A DNA stretch of 63,806 nt, the filler included, from a bacterium (GTDB taxonomy: Bacteria; CLD3; SB21), in NCBI GenBank assembly GCA_013360215.1. It is 3 parts of 3 records of this genome, joined end to end, with 100 filler letters (N's around TTAATTAATTAA, not from the genome) between each part and the next. Parts side by side here need not be neighbours in the genome. Positions count along the whole stretch, not along the records: positions 1 to 28,331 come from JABWCP010000035.1; positions 28,432 to 54,892 come from JABWCP010000036.1; 1 more part is not named here. One strand, written 5' to 3'. The position numbers were made by a program, and so were the translations under genes. The notes under the pieces are model-generated. The model searched no databases. It was not told the DNA's origin and saw nothing but the letters and a program-made list of their open reading frames with translations. Shown piece by piece: positions 18,810-29,965 of the stretch; position 1 is the stretch's first letter, and the number at the start of each line of letters is the position of its first letter.

Positions 18810-19697
18810 ATGAGTGAAATTCACATTGATGCTTTGTTGCCGGCGGAGATGGCTACACGCGCCGAATATCTCGGTGTACGAAAAGCTGAAATGCCGGCTT
18901 TAAAAATGTTTACCTTGGCCATCATGGCCGGGGCGTTTATTTCGTTGGGGGCGATCTTTGCAACGACAGTCTCTGCCGGTGGTGTGGCAATCACGGCGCC
19001 GGACGGAGCGACTTCGCTTAGTACCGGACTGCCTTACGGCGTCACACGGTTATTGGCCGGGTTTGTTTTTTGTCTCGGCCTGATTCTGGTTGTCGTTGGC
19101 GGGGCTGAACTTTTTACCGGAAACAATCTCATCGTCATGGCGTGGGCCAGCCGCAAAGTGACGTCGTACGCACTGTTGCGCAATTGGGTGATCGTATATG
19201 CGGGAAACCTTATCGGCGCATTGGGTACGGCCGTTCTCATGTTGTGGAGCCGCCAATATACCTTTGGTTCCAACAGCATCGGTCTATCGGCTTTTAAAAT
19301 CGCCGCCGGGAAATGCAGTTTGGAATTTTGGCAAGCGATGGTATTGGGCATTTTGTGCAACGCGCTGGTCTGCCTTGCGGTGTGGCTCACTTATAGCGCG
19401 CGCAGTACGATGGATAAAATTGCGGCCATTATTTTTCCGGTTACGGCTTTTGTCGCAGCGGGTTTTGAACACAGCATCGCTAATATGTATTTTGTTCCCT
19501 ATGTGCTTTTGATTCAAACATTCGATCCGTCCTATGTCGCAAGCATTTCGGATAAAATGCCGGGCATGTACAATCTCAATTGGCCGAATTTTATTACGAA
19601 TAACCTCATACCGGTGACGATCGGCAATGTGATCGGGGGAGCTGTTTTAGTTGCGGCGGTGTATTGGTCGGTTTTTTTACGTAATAAAGATAAGTAA
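18810..19697 (+). CDS. focA: Formate/nitrite transporter
   Basis: AGAFI, GAELFTGN, GILCN.LVC, GFEHSIANM and NLIPVTIGN motifs. GGAG RBS before ATG 18810. Confidence 0.92.
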   Translation: MSEIHIDALLPAEMATRAEYLGVRKAEMPALKMFTLAIMAGAFISLGAIFATTVSAGGVAITAPDGATSLSTGLPYGVTRLLAGFVFCLGLILVVVGGAELFTGNNLIVMAWASRKVTSYALLRNWVIVYAGNLIGALGTAVLMLWSRQYTFGSNSIGLSAFKIAAGKCSLEFWQAMVLGILCNALVCLAVWLTYSARSTMDKIAAIIFPVTAFVAAGFEHSIANMYFVPYVLLIQTFDPSYVASISDKMPGMYNLNWPNFITNNLIPVTIGNVIGGAVLVAAVYWSVFLRNKDK

Positions 19698-19765
19698 ATC
19701 GGTTGGCTTAAAGGGAACCATCGCGCTTATCGTGATGCTACCCATTCAAATCGTAAGGAGTATGT

Positions 19766-19996
19766 ATGAAAGCGTATGTTCTCATCAAAATAAAATCCGG
19801 CGAAGTCAAAGATGTAGTACGTCAGCTTCGCCGAATCGAAGGCGTGATGGAAGCGCATATGACCTTTGGTCCGTATGATGCCGTGGCTGCCGTGGAATCG
19901 CAGGACATCGCACGACTTGGCGCTATTACCGCGACGGCAATACAACCGATACCGGGTGTCGAACAAACGTTAACGTGTATTGCCGTGGATGTGTAA
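19766..19996 (+). CDS. Stand-alone Lrp/AsnC ligand-binding (RAM) domain protein
   Basis: KAYVLI, GV.EA..TFGPYD and I..IPGV..TLT. AAGGAG RBS. Confidence 0.88.
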   Translation: MKAYVLIKIKSGEVKDVVRQLRRIEGVMEAHMTFGPYDAVAAVESQDIARLGAITATAIQPIPGVEQTLTCIAVDV

Positions 19997-20105
19997 ATGA
20001 GACTTATCAGCTAAGCCTTTAGCGTGGGTACAGATGCCGGATTTGCATGCAAAAACGAAATTGATAAAATACTCAGTTTTTTCGTGTGCATGATCTGATT
20101 TATTA

Positions 20106-20720
20106 TTATTTAAGTTCTGACAAAATAAGTTTTTTCTGTTTAAATGTATTTCTCATTGCCTTTTCTCTTATTTTAGGATCTTCGCTGTTAATAAGATCAA
20201 AATATTCCACGGGTACTACCTGCCACGATAAACCGTATTTGTCTTTGCACCAGCCGCAAGATCCTTCTTCTCCGCCGTTGGTAGTCAACGCATTCCAATA
20301 ATAATCTACTTCGGCTTGGTCTTTGCAATTGATAACGAATGAAACCGATTCGTTAAACTTAAAGTATGGGCCTGCGGCTAAAATACTAAATTCTATATCA
20401 CCAATTTCCATAATCGCAGTTTCGAAACCGTCTTGCCCGCCTGGCACATTTTCTTGCGGCGGATTCTTATATTGCCGATAGTCTTTCATTTTGCCGTCTT
20501 TGAAAATGGAAAGGTAATAATCGACAACGGCTTTTGCGTCTTTATCAACCCAAAGGCAAGGTGTTATTTTTTGTGTTTTCATAGAGTGTTCGCTTGTTAA
20601 AATTTTGTTATCAGCGGAATCAATTTTACTTATAGGACTTGAATTCGGTTGCGGATTTCCGCAACTCAGGGTATTAACAATTAATAAAGCAATCCCAATT
20701 TTAAGTCCATGCTTTTTCAT
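20106..20720 (-). CDS. VOC/PhnB-like (3-demethylubiquinone-9 3-methyltransferase family) protein with lipoprotein signal
   Basis: KITPCLW, FKFNESVSF, QAEVDYYW and CGWCKDKYGLSWQV. N-terminal LIVNTLSC lipobox. Confidence 0.88.
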   Translation of the reverse strand: MKKHGLKIGIALLIVNTLSCGNPQPNSSPISKIDSADNKILTSEHSMKTQKITPCLWVDKDAKAVVDYYLSIFKDGKMKDYRQYKNPPQENVPGGQDGFETAIMEIGDIEFSILAAGPYFKFNESVSFVINCKDQAEVDYYWNALTTNGGEEGSCGWCKDKYGLSWQVVPVEYFDLINSEDPKIREKAMRNTFKQKKLILSELK

Positions 20721-20725
20721 ATACG

Positions 20726-21220
20726 TTATTTTTTTAAATTTGATAATAAGTTTGATAATTCGTTTAATGTCATAGTGAAACCTTCTTTGAAGCCCATCTC
20801 TATCATTTGTTCCATGCGTTCGAGCGAATCGTTTTGAATTGTAATGCTGACTTTGGTTGTTTCTTTATTTTCGCTGAAATTCAAATTCCAATTTGAGCCC
20901 GGCAAAAAAGAGTTTTCATCTTTATCTGCAAAAACACTGAAAAACTTGAAATTGGTTTTGGGGCTAATGGAAGTATAATCCTGAATATGCCAGTTTTCTT
21001 GTCCTTCCGGGCTTACCATAGCATAAAATCGGCGCCCTCCTACTTTGAAGTTCATATACTTTGTTTTTGAAGCGTAAGGTTTCGGCGCCCACCATTGGTC
21101 AAGAATTTCTTTCTTTGTAAAGGCGTCCCAAACAAGTGAAAGCTCAGCATCAAATTCTTTTTCCACGAATACAGTTTTGGTTGATTTGTCAACCTTAAAG
21201 TCAAATTGCAAATTATTCAT
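20726..21220 (-). CDS. SRPBCC/AHSA1 domain protein
   Basis: EFDA...VWDAFT..E.LDQWW.PKP and MGFKEG. Confidence 0.9.
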   Translation of the reverse strand: MNNLQFDFKVDKSTKTVFVEKEFDAELSLVWDAFTKKEILDQWWAPKPYASKTKYMNFKVGGRRFYAMVSPEGQENWHIQDYTSISPKTNFKFFSVFADKDENSFLPGSNWNLNFSENKETTKVSITIQNDSLERMEQMIEMGFKEGFTMTLNELSNLLSNLKK

Positions 21221-21537
21221 TTTCTTTTCCTTTTCATGGTTGAGAGTAGATTATCAAGTTGACTAAACCGGCTTTCCCATATTTTTCGATATTGTTCCAG
21301 CCAATCGTCAATTTCTTTCATTTTTTCGATTTCCAAAGAGTAGAAAATTTCTCTTCCTTTGTATTCTTGTTTTACCAGTTCGCATTCGGTTAATATCCGC
21401 AGGTGTTTGGAAACGGCCTGGCGTGTCGAATTAAAATTTTCCGCAATAGCATTGGGTGTCATCGCTTGCAGCGCGATGAGGCCGATGATGGCTCTTCGGG
21501 TCGGGTCGGCAATAGCCTGAAATACATCGCGTCTCAT
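21217..21537 (-). CDS. ArsR/SmtB-family transcriptional regulator
   Basis: [23 protein letters not shown] and GREIFY. Confidence 0.93.
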   Translation of the reverse strand: MRRDVFQAIADPTRRAIIGLIALQAMTPNAIAENFNSTRQAVSKHLRILTECELVKQEYKGREIFYSLEIEKMKEIDDWLEQYRKIWESRFSQLDNLLSTMKRKRK

Positions 21538-22031
21538 AGGTTTTTCTTATTCATTAATTGAGTTAATTGTTCGAGGCACAGAGTAATACCTTGTTCGAAG
21601 CCCATTTCAACCAGTTTATGAATGTCCGCTTCGGAGGCATAGGTGGTTTTGAACTCGACTTTGGTTCCGCTTTCCGTTTTAGTGAAAGCGATTCTTCCTT
21701 TTGAAATGGGAAGTTCGCCATTCAAATTACCATTTTCATCGCAAAAAAAGTCTTCCATGTCAATGAAGTGGTGAAGATCAATCGAAATATAATTCATGCG
21801 CCCCCAATGCTTCTGATTGTCGGGGCCTACCATGGCATACAGCCAATACCCTCCGGGTTTAAAAAGCATTGTTTTGGTTTCGGCTCTCCATGGAGAAGGT
21901 CCCCACCACTGATCCAATAATTCTTTCTCTGAAAAGGCGCGCCAGACATTAGGTAATGGGGCATTAAATTCTTTTGTTACGAGGATGAATTTTTCTTTCA
22001 GGTTTTTAATTACGTTGACAGGATTACTCAT
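21534..22031 (-). CDS. SRPBCC/AHSA1 domain protein
   Basis: EFNAP...[14 protein letters not shown] and MGFEQG. Confidence 0.9.
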   Translation of the reverse strand: MSNPVNVIKNLKEKFILVTKEFNAPLPNVWRAFSEKELLDQWWGPSPWRAETKTMLFKPGGYWLYAMVGPDNQKHWGRMNYISIDLHHFIDMEDFFCDENGNLNGELPISKGRIAFTKTESGTKVEFKTTYASEADIHKLVEMGFEQGITLCLEQLTQLMNKKNL

Positions 22032-22065
22032 AATTACTCCCGGGTTTCTTCGTTGTGAATAAAAA

Positions 22066-22449
22066 TTACTTAATCATGGCTATGTATTTTTCGCGGTTAT
22101 CGTAAATAATAAAGAGGTTGATCGTTAACAATAGAAGCGCGATCGGTAATCCGGAAGGCGCCACGGTAATGTGTGTCATTACAATGCCGATCATCACGGG
22201 GAAAATAATGATAGCGCCGAGCGGCCTGAATTTTGAAATGATAAAAAGAATTCCTCCTATGATTTCAGCCGTAGCCACAAGGGGTAAAAGCCATCCGATT
22301 TCCAAAAACGCGGCAGACTGTTTTACCATCTTTTCAGGTAAATCGGGTGGAACGGGTATGTAATTGAGAAATTTATTCAGCCCGGCGTTGATAAACATCA
22401 ACCCGAACAAGAGACAAACCGCAAAAAATACTTTTGACCTCATATACAT
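22066..22449 (-). CDS. DoxX-family membrane protein
   Basis: GLMFINAGLNKF, EIIGGIL and four TMs. Start codon uncertain (22443 or 22449). Confidence 0.85.
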   Translation of the reverse strand: MYMRSKVFFAVCLLFGLMFINAGLNKFLNYIPVPPDLPEKMVKQSAAFLEIGWLLPLVATAEIIGGILFIISKFRPLGAIIIFPVMIGIVMTHITVAPSGLPIALLLLTINLFIIYDNREKYIAMIK

Positions 22450-22473
22450 GCTTTCACGTGTGTACAAAAAACG

Positions 22474-22516
22474 TGCAACTTATTGGTTGCAATATAAATG
22501 AAACTATTCGGTTGCG
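22474..22516. promoter_or_regulatory. Tandem inverted-repeat operators, probably bound by the ArsR regulator
   Basis: TGCAAC-TTATTG-GTTGCA (22474-22491) and TGAAAC-TATTCG-GTTGCG (22499-22516), directly upstream of the DoxX-SRPBCC-ArsR operon. Confidence 0.72.
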
Positions 22517-22749
22517 CAAGTTTTTTTTTCAAATAAAGTTGTGAAAAGGATAATCCATTTTCATCGCCTGAGTCAGCGATAGTTTAAAAGCATGTAGTTT
22601 ATACGCTTCTATTGTGTCGTTTCGATTATAGGACGGTATGTCTTGGTATCGGTCATAATGAACGAATTGTATTTAAAAAACTTCTTCGCTTTTATCAGTC
22701 AAAATGCATTAACTTTGTGGGATTATCGTTTACACAAACCTACCTGTTT

Positions 22750-25700
22750 ATGATACGCTCCATCAAAAAACTCCTCGTCGCCAATCGCGGTGAAATTGCG
22801 ATTCGCATTTTTCGTGCGTGCAGCGAAATCGGCATTGAAACCATTGCCGTTTATACATACGAAGACCGCTATTCCCTGCACCGATACAAGGCTGACGAAG
22901 CGTATCAGATCGGTGCGGACGACGATCCGCTGAAGCCTTATCTGAATATTGATGAGATCATTCACCTTGCGAAAAAGGTCGGAGCGGATGCGATTCATCC
23001 CGGTTACGGTTTTCTTTCTGAAAATGATCAATTTGTCAAAGCGTGCGAAGATCACGGGATTATTTTTGTCGGGCCTAATTCGGAAATCATGTACAAACTC
23101 GGTAATAAAATAGCTGCCAAGATAGTCGCGCGCGAAAATAACATTCCGATCATCGAAAGTAATCGGGAGATTTTGAAGGATACGTCCGTGGCCGAACGGG
23201 AAGCGCAGCGCATCGGATATCCGGTGATGATCAAAGCGGCGGCGGGCGGCGGCGGACGCGGTATGCGCGTTGTTCGTAATGCAGACGAGCTACGGGCGCG
23301 GTTTGATGAAGCACGGGGCGAAGCGCGCAATGCGTTTGGTGACGATACGGTGTTTATCGAAAAATTTATAGACGATCCCAAGCACCTGGAAGTGCAGATC
23401 GTTGCGGATCATTTCGGCAATGTCGTTCATCTGTTTGAGCGTGACTGCAGTGTGCAGCGGCGTTTCCAGAAAGTCGTAGAAATAGCTCCGGCGCTTACCG
23501 TCAGCCGCGATGCCCGTGAACGTCTCTATCACTATGCCGTACAAATCGCAACCGCCGTGGGTTACCAGAATATCTGTACCGTGGAGTTTCTCCTCGACAA
23601 AGAAGAGAATATTTATTTCATCGAAGTCAACCCGCGCATTCAGGTGGAACATACCGTGACGGAAATGATCACGGGCGTGGACTTAGTCAAAACGCAAATT
23701 CTTATTGCACAGGGATATCCATTGAGTGATCCACGGCTTAAACTGGACGATCAATCGCGTATTTATTACAACGGCTATGCGATCCAGTGCCGCATTACGA
23801 CGGAAGATCCGAGTAACGAATTCAAACCCGATTACGGTACGATCTTGGCCTACCGCAGTGCGGCAGGTTTTGGTATTCGATTGGACGGAGGCAGTATCGG
23901 GCCGGGTATTCGTATCAGTCCTTTTTTTGATTCGATGTTGGTCAAAGTCTCCGCGTGGGGTTTGTCTTTCGAGGAAACGTGCGATCGTATGTACCGTACA
24001 TTGATCGAATTTCGTATCCGTGGCGTCCGCACTAATATTCCTTTTCTGGAAAATGTCGTGCGTCATCCGATTTTTCGTGAAGGCCGTGCAACCGTCAATT
24101 TTATCAAGGATCACCCCGAACTGCTGCAGTTTGTCAAACGCCGCGATCGTGCGACGCGTATTTTGCGTTATATCGCCGATGTCGTTGTCAACGGTAATCC
24201 TGATGTCAAAATACGCGATGACAAAAAAGTATTCATCAAACCGCGTATTCCGGCGTACGACCGTTACGGTGATTTCCCCGACGGGGCCAAACAAAAATTA
24301 GACACTCTCGGCCCGGAAAAGTTTGCCCGATGGGTGATGGATCAACCGAAGGTGATGTTTACCGATTGTACGATGCGGGATGCGCACCAGTCGTTGCTTG
24401 CTACACGCATGCGCACGTACGACATTATGCGCATCGCGGAAAGCTGGGCAAAACATCATTCGAATATGTTTAGCATGGAAGTGTGGGGCGGTGCGACCTT
24501 TGATGTGGCGCTGCGTTTTTTGCATGAAGATCCGTGGGATCGTTTGCGTCAGATGCGGCGCGCGATGCCCAATACGCTGCTGCAGATGTTGATTCGCGGT
24601 GCCAACGCCGTCGGCTATACGGCTTATCCTGACAATCTGATCGAACGCTTTATCATCGAGGCAGCGCGGGAAGGCATTGATGTTTTCCGCATTTTTGATT
24701 CGCTCAACTGGACGGAAGGCATGAAGCTGAGTATCGAAACCGTCAGGGATAAAACCGGTGCGCTCGCTGAAGCGTGCATTTGTTACTCCGGCGATATCCT
24801 CGATCCGAAGCGCAACAAATATTCACTCACATATTATGTCGAACTCGCCAAAGAACTCGAACGTATGGGCGCGCATATTTTGGCAATCAAAGACATGGCG
24901 GGATTGCTAAAGCCGTACGCGGCGGACGTTTTGATACGCGCGCTTAAAGACAATATCGGCATTCCCATTCACCTTCATACGCACGATACGTCATCCGTGC
25001 AGGCGGCTACGTACGTCAAGGCTATCGAAGCCGGCGTAGATGTAGTGGATGTCGCGCTCAGCGCATTATCCGGCACGACGTCCCAGCCCAATTTTAATTC
25101 GATCGTGGAAATGTTGCGTCATACGGAACATCAGGTGGATGTGGATATGACTTCGCTTAACGCTTTTTCCAATTATTGGGAGGCTGTACGCGATATTTAT
25201 TATCCCTTTGAAACGGATCTTAAAGCCGGAACGGCCGAAGTATATAATCATGAAATCCCCGGCGGACAATACAGCAATATGCGCCCGCAAGCGATCTCAC
25301 TGGGTCTCGGTGAAAAATGGGAAGAAATCAAACAAACGTATCATGATGTAAATATGCTCTTCGGCGACATCATCAAAGTAACACCTTCATCCAAAGTGGT
25401 CGGCGATCTGGCGCAATACCTCGTAGCTAATAATATGACCGCCGCCGATGTTTTGATGAAAGGTGAAACGATGTCCTTTCCCGAATCTGTGGAAGGATTT
25501 TTTATGGGGCATCTGGGACAACCGTACGGTGGTTTTCCGGAAAAACTGCAAAAAGTCATTATCAAAAATAAAACGCCTCTGACCGATCGTCCGGGCAAAC
25601 ACCTGCCACCGGTGGATTTTGATAAAGAGTTTGAAGCATTCAAACAGCAGTTTGATGCAAATCTTTCGATTACGGATTTTTTGTCATACAAATTTTATCC

Positions 25701-26196
25701 CAAAGTGTTTACCGATTATTTTGAAAATCAGCAAAAATGGGGTCAGGTCTCTGTTATTCCGTCTGAAATATTCTTCTTCGGTATGAAACCCAACGAAGAA
25801 GCCATCATCGAAATCGCTCAGGGCAAAAGTATCATCGTACGGCTTTTGTCGGTGAGCCAGGCGGATAAAGACGGAAATCGCAAGGTGTTTTTCGAACTCA
25901 ATGGGCAAGCCCGAACGATCACCGTACAGGATCGTTCTCTTAATGTGAAGCGCGTACAAAACCGAAAGGCCGATGCGTCCAAACCGGGTGAATTGGCTTC
26001 GCCTTTGCCCGGCATGTTGTCTAAAGTTTTAGTCAAGCCCGGGGATACAATCAAAAAATCACAACCGCTATGTATCATTGAGGCGATGAAAATGGAGACG
26101 ACCGTTACGGCCGTTCAGGACGGTGTAGTCAAAGAAATCATATTGGGGGTAAAGACCATCGTAGAAAGTGGCGATTTGCTGATGATTTTGGGATGA
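22750..26196 (+). CDS. pyc: Pyruvate carboxylase
   Basis: Biotin carboxylase domain ([23 protein letters not shown]), CT domain (RDAHQS, WGGATFD, HLHTHD) and AMKM biotin site. Confidence 0.97.
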   Translation: MIRSIKKLLVANRGEIAIRIFRACSEIGIETIAVYTYEDRYSLHRYKADEAYQIGADDDPLKPYLNIDEIIHLAKKVGADAIHPGYGFLSENDQFVKACEDHGIIFVGPNSEIMYKLGNKIAAKIVARENNIPIIESNREILKDTSVAEREAQRIGYPVMIKAAAGGGGRGMRVVRNADELRARFDEARGEARNAFGDDTVFIEKFIDDPKHLEVQIVADHFGNVVHLFERDCSVQRRFQKVVEIAPALTVSRDARERLYHYAVQIATAVGYQNICTVEFLLDKEENIYFIEVNPRIQVEHTVTEMITGVDLVKTQILIAQGYPLSDPRLKLDDQSRIYYNGYAIQCRITTEDPSNEFKPDYGTILAYRSAAGFGIRLDGGSIGPGIRISPFFDSMLVKVSAWGLSFEETCDRMYRTLIEFRIRGVRTNIPFLENVVRHPIFREGRATVNFIKDHPELLQFVKRRDRATRILRYIADVVVNGNPDVKIRDDKKVFIKPRIPAYDRYGDFPDGAKQKLDTLGPEKFARWVMDQPKVMFTDCTMRDAHQSLLATRMRTYDIMRIAESWAKHHSNMFSMEVWGGATFDVALRFLHEDPWDRLRQMRRAMPNTLLQMLIRGANAVGYTAYPDNLIERFIIEAAREGIDVFRIFDSLNWTEGMKLSIETVRDKTGALAEACICYSGDILDPKRNKYSLTYYVELAKELERMGAHILAIKDMAGLLKPYAADVLIRALKDNIGIPIHLHTHDTSSVQAATYVKAIEAGVDVVDVALSALSGTTSQPNFNSIVEMLRHTEHQVDVDMTSLNAFSNYWEAVRDIYYPFETDLKAGTAEVYNHEIPGGQYSNMRPQAISLGLGEKWEEIKQTYHDVNMLFGDIIKVTPSSKVVGDLAQYLVANNMTAADVLMKGETMSFPESVEGFFMGHLGQPYGGFPEKLQKVIIKNKTPLTDRPGKHLPPVDFDKEFEAFKQQFDANLSITDFLSYKFYPKVFTDYFENQQKWGQVSVIPSEIFFFGMKPNEEAIIEIAQGKSIIVRLLSVSQADKDGNRKVFFELNGQARTITVQDRSLNVKRVQNRKADASKPGELASPLPGMLSKVLVKPGDTIKKSQPLCIIEAMKMETTVTAVQDGVVKEIILGVKTIVESGDLLMILG

Positions 26197-26225
26197 TTTG
26201 TAGGTGCGGAAAATAAATCGGATAC

Positions 26226-26942
26226 TTAGGCTGTGAGTCGGCAGCTTTCGAGAATAATATTTTCAGTGGATGTTTTGACGGTGGGTGTGATCGCCGATAC
26301 GTCATCGGATAAAAACTGAACGGTCCCGCGCTTCCAACCGGAAATCGTAAGCAATGCTTTTTCATCTTTATCATCACCGACCGTCGCGCTTAAAATTTCA
26401 CCGTTACGAACAATGATCTTTCCTTCCGGATAAAATTGCCGCACGATCGTAAGCGTCCCTGTTTTTTTCTGAAGATATAAGTATTGCAACGTTTCGATAA
26501 AACTCAATTCACCCAAATCGCTTTTGAAAGTATCGGAGTTTTGTGAGCGGATTTCTTCGATTTTGCGGATATGTTTGAGGATTTCATTGACCTTGCCGTT
26601 GATCGTATCGCGATTGATTTCCGATTTGATCAAATACTGATCTGCGCCCATACGGAAGCCGCGTTTCTGTGTAATATCCGAATCCATCGAAGTAAGGAAA
26701 ATAAAAGGCACCATCGGGACATCCGAACCGGTTCGGACTTGCTGGCACATGGCGATACCGTCAAGTTTGGGCATCATCACATCGGAAATAACGATGTCCG
26801 GTTTGTCGGTTTTGATTTTAGCGAGGCCTTCTTCGCCGTCCATCGCATGAAGAATGGTAAACGCCGATTGCTCCAGATTCATCGTCAGGAGTTTGGAAAT
26901 ATGCGGATTATCGTCAACGATCAGAATGACGGTCGGCTTCAT
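26226..26942 (-). CDS. Response regulator (receiver plus DUF4388/PATAN-like domain)
   Basis: ILIVDD, ISDVMMPKLDG, FLT and YLIK. C-terminal L.ELSF.ETLQ.L....KTG.L. Confidence 0.88.
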   Translation of the reverse strand: MKPTVILIVDDNPHISKLLTMNLEQSAFTILHAMDGEEGLAKIKTDKPDIVISDVMMPKLDGIAMCQQVRTGSDVPMVPFIFLTSMDSDITQKRGFRMGADQYLIKSEINRDTINGKVNEILKHIRKIEEIRSQNSDTFKSDLGELSFIETLQYLYLQKKTGTLTIVRQFYPEGKIIVRNGEILSATVGDDKDEKALLTISGWKRGTVQFLSDDVSAITPTVKTSTENIILESCRLTA

Positions 26943-27104
26943 GAAAAAATTGATATATAATAAATAATAGTGAAAGCGATGAACGAACCCGCGGGAAACT
27001 ATACGGAGTCGTTCACAAAAACAAGCAAATTTTGGTGCCATGCACACTTGCATTTCAGACAAAATACTCTCACTTTTCGTGCGAAATCTTACCGGGAAGC
27101 GAAT

Positions 27105-28097
27105 ATGCCGCTTATTGACGGCTTTGGCCGTTCCATAGATTATCTTCGCGTGTCCGTCACCGACCGATGCAATTTTCGTTGTGTGTATTGTATGCCGCAC
27201 GATGGCGTTCAGTTTATGCCGCGTGAGGAATTGCTGACTTACGACGAACTCGAACGTATCATCGGTGTTTTTGTAAATCTGGGCATTGAAAAAATTCGCA
27301 TCACCGGCGGTGAACCCACGGTTCGCAAAGATATCGTCGAATTGGTACGGCGTATCGGGAGTTTGCCGTTACGTTCGTACGCGATGACAACCAACGGTTA
27401 TTTGTTGGACGAACTGGCCGAACCATTGCGCGCTGCGGGATTACAGCGCCTCAATATCAGTTTGGATACGATGCACCGCGATCGTTTTCAAAAAATGGCA
27501 CGATTTGACGGATATGAAAAAACGTGGCGCGGTATCCGGAAGGCTGCGGATTTGGGGTTTGCACCGATCAAACTGAATATGGTGGTCTTGCGCGGGATCA
27601 ATGATGATGAAATTTTTGATTTCGTGGAACTTGCTCGGGAACGCTCATGGCACGTGCGTTTTATCGAATACATGCCTTCTTCGGGTGATCTCGGTAACAC
27701 GTTTGATGCATCGCACATTATTCGTACGGACGAATTGAAACGTATCGTGTCTCTGAAGTATGCGTTGATCCCGATCACGGAAGCCGTGCAGTCCGGCCCG
27801 GCTAAAATGCACGCGATCGAAGGATTTGCAGGGAAAATCGGGTTTATTGACCCGTATGCCGAACATTTTTGTGCGGCATGCAACCGTATCCGCCTCACGG
27901 CGCTCGGTAAACTCAAATGGTGCCTTTTTTCCAACGAAGGTCTCGATATCAAATCATTTATTCGTTCCGGTAAATCCGATGCCGAACTCGAAGCGTGGAT
28001 TCGTGAGCGTATTGTTCGCGATAAACCGGAGCACCATCCGATCGCCATTTCAGATATGATTCGCGCGAATACTGTTTTTTCACAAGTCGGCGGATGA
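27105..28097 (+). CDS. moaA: GTP 3',8-cyclase
   Basis: YLRVSVTDRCNFRCVYC, TGGEP, NISLD, C-terminal FCAACNRIR..C and terminal GG. Confidence 0.95.
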   Translation: MPLIDGFGRSIDYLRVSVTDRCNFRCVYCMPHDGVQFMPREELLTYDELERIIGVFVNLGIEKIRITGGEPTVRKDIVELVRRIGSLPLRSYAMTTNGYLLDELAEPLRAAGLQRLNISLDTMHRDRFQKMARFDGYEKTWRGIRKAADLGFAPIKLNMVVLRGINDDEIFDFVELARERSWHVRFIEYMPSSGDLGNTFDASHIIRTDELKRIVSLKYALIPITEAVQSGPAKMHAIEGFAGKIGFIDPYAEHFCAACNRIRLTALGKLKWCLFSNEGLDIKSFIRSGKSDAELEAWIRERIVRDKPEHHPIAISDMIRANTVFSQVGG

Positions 28098-28181
28098 TGT
28101 GCTAAGTGTTAGATTGGTTTTAGATCGTGAGCTTAAGCTCTTCTCTTGCCGGTATATCAAAAAATCCATGACACGCCTTAC

Positions 28182-28331
28182 ATGAAAAAACCTTCCATTC
28201 TCGTCATTGGCGGAGGCATCAATGGTGCCGGCGTTGCACGCGATGCGGCTTTACGTGGATATCACGTCCGACTTTTTGAAAAAAACGATTTTGCTTCAGG
28301 CACAAGCTGGACATCCAGCAAGCTGATTCAC
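28182..28331 (+). CDS. glpD: FAD-dependent glycerol-3-phosphate dehydrogenase, N-terminal part cut by contig end
   Basis: VIGGGINGAGVARDAALRG and DFASGTS..SSKLIH. Confidence 0.88.
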
Positions 28332-28431
28332 NNNNNNNNNNNNNNNNNNNNNNNNNNNNNNNNNNNNNNNNNNNNTTAATTAATTAANNNNNNNNNNNNN
28401 NNNNNNNNNNNNNNNNNNNNNNNNNNNNNNN
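28332..28431. other. Artificial contig-join spacer
   Basis: N runs flanking TTAATTAATTAA (stops in all six frames), 100 nt in total, identical in layout to 54893-54992. Confidence 0.95.
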
Positions 28432-28706
28432 ATTAGCGGCTTAATGGACGGGCGAATGAACTCATCAAAACATTGAGCTGCATGTTGACGAATCATTTCA
28501 GCATCTAATCCGCGTAAATACATTTTATTTTGTTTAAATCCGTTTTTTAAATTCGTCGGATGTTTGCACGAATACCGCAGCGTAGCCAATACCAGATCGG
28601 AATACGATATAATTTTTTTTTGAAGCAGATAGCGAATGAAGAGCCGCTCGGATGAGTGCCGCGTGATCGTACCGTCAATATCAAAAAAAGCTATACGACG
28701 GCTCAC
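28432..28706 (-). CDS. HAD-IB family hydrolase, 3'-truncated by contig end
   Basis: AFFDIDGTI motif I. GTG start overlaps the upstream stop. Confidence 0.85.
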
Positions 28707-29350
28707 GGTTTATCCTTTACAAAAAACTGTTTCCCCTCAAGTAAAACCGGGATACCTCGCAGGAGACTCACGGCCGTAGTGATAACGGCAAGTATAAGAC
28801 CTCCGGTATAAGTCAATGATGAAACCCATAGGTATTCCTGTAAATTAGCATCCCGCAGATGCTGCTCTTTAGCCAGTAAAACCAATATCAGATAAGGAAA
28901 TGTAACGGCTTTGATAACACCATAAAAGGCGCGCATAAACCGGCCTGAAACTAAGAATTTTCCTATTTCAGACTGCATCATTGTGTTTTCCCCAAAAGCC
29001 GTTTTGCCGTCGGCCAAGGCCTGGCTACGAATCGCATCCGTCATAAAACCGCGCGACATCACGATGATCGGTATCCACATCGGTATGATGTCCAGATCGG
29101 CAAAGACGATCCAAAAAACATTTTCGACAATACGATCACCGGTAATATCAAGTACTCCGCCAAACTGCGTCACTTCATTGCGCTTGCGCGCAACATAACC
29201 GTCCAACGCATCCATTACGATAATCAGGATAGCTAGCAAAACAGCCACGATAAGCCACATCGGGCGCTGTGTATAGATCAACACAACCGTCATATAGAGG
29301 ACACCTATGCGTGCTATAGTGATCGAATTGGCAAGATTTAAAAGTTTCAT
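28703..29350 (-). CDS. CDP-alcohol phosphatidyltransferase (PgsA-like)
   Basis: NSITIAR and DALDGYVAR...G..LD..GD. Confidence 0.9.
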   Translation of the reverse strand: MKLLNLANSITIARIGVLYMTVVLIYTQRPMWLIVAVLLAILIIVMDALDGYVARKRNEVTQFGGVLDITGDRIVENVFWIVFADLDIIPMWIPIIVMSRGFMTDAIRSQALADGKTAFGENTMMQSEIGKFLVSGRFMRAFYGVIKAVTFPYLILVLLAKEQHLRDANLQEYLWVSSLTYTGGLILAVITTAVSLLRGIPVLLEGKQFFVKDKP

Positions 29351-29549
29351 ATTGGCCTATATAAAATATATGTAGATAGACTTATTTTCTTGGTCAATCA
29401 TTTATGAATAACAACATTCTATGTTATTATGTAATAACTAATCCCAAGTATTTTTAAAATACTTGCAATCATTTTTTTGGAAATTATGAGTTTATCAATT
29501 AAAAGCCTATTGTTTTTTATTATCTACAGAACTATTTCTATTAGAATAA

Positions 29550-29810
29550 ATAATTAATTTCTCTAGTTATTATGATGGTGACGCTACAGCAAGTCTTTTT
29601 TACAATACGGCGTCAAGTTATGATGTTTTTATCGGTCCTAACCCTGACCAGACTCATTTTCTCAGAGTTTATGACAGAACTCTGATAAATGGAGATACTG
29701 GGGGTAATTATCTCAACATTTTACCTTGGGACATAAATAATTCAAGAAAAAATTTGGTTAGTCCAATGAATAATGATATTTCAGCGTCTCAAACACTTCC
29801 CAATTCTTAA
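29550..29810 (+). pseudogene. Start-less 86-codon open frame, probable gene remnant
   Basis: Reads IINFSSYYDGDATASLFYNTASSYDVFIGPNPDQTHFLRVYDR...TLPNS* in AT-rich DNA, preceded by an in-frame TAA and followed by a + strand terminator. Confidence 0.45.
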
Positions 29811-29845
29811 CAAAAAAAAAATTAACATTTTTTACTACCCTGTAG

Positions 29846-29872
29846 AGCTACCGAAAAACGGTAGCTTTTTTT
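29846..29872 (+). terminator. Intrinsic terminator
   Basis: AGCTACCG-AAAAA-CGGTAGCT followed by a T tract. Confidence 0.8.
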
Positions 29873-29965
29873 ATCATCGTCTCTAAGTTTATTTCGCAGA
29901 GAGTCAAAAAAATACTATTTAAAAGCAGCACATGTTTAACTCGTTTTTTGAATAAAAACTTCAAA

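Noticed and set aside
27105-28097. Radical SAM enzyme as a RiPP maturase
   Set aside because: Motifs and the terminal GG are those of MoaA, and it is about 24 kb from the precursor.
28332-28431. TTAATTAATTAA palindrome within N runs (also at 54893-54992) as a biological element
   Set aside because: Identical 100-nt spacers with six-frame stops are a contig-concatenation artefact. Gene adjacency across them is not evidence, and ORFs containing X are cut.
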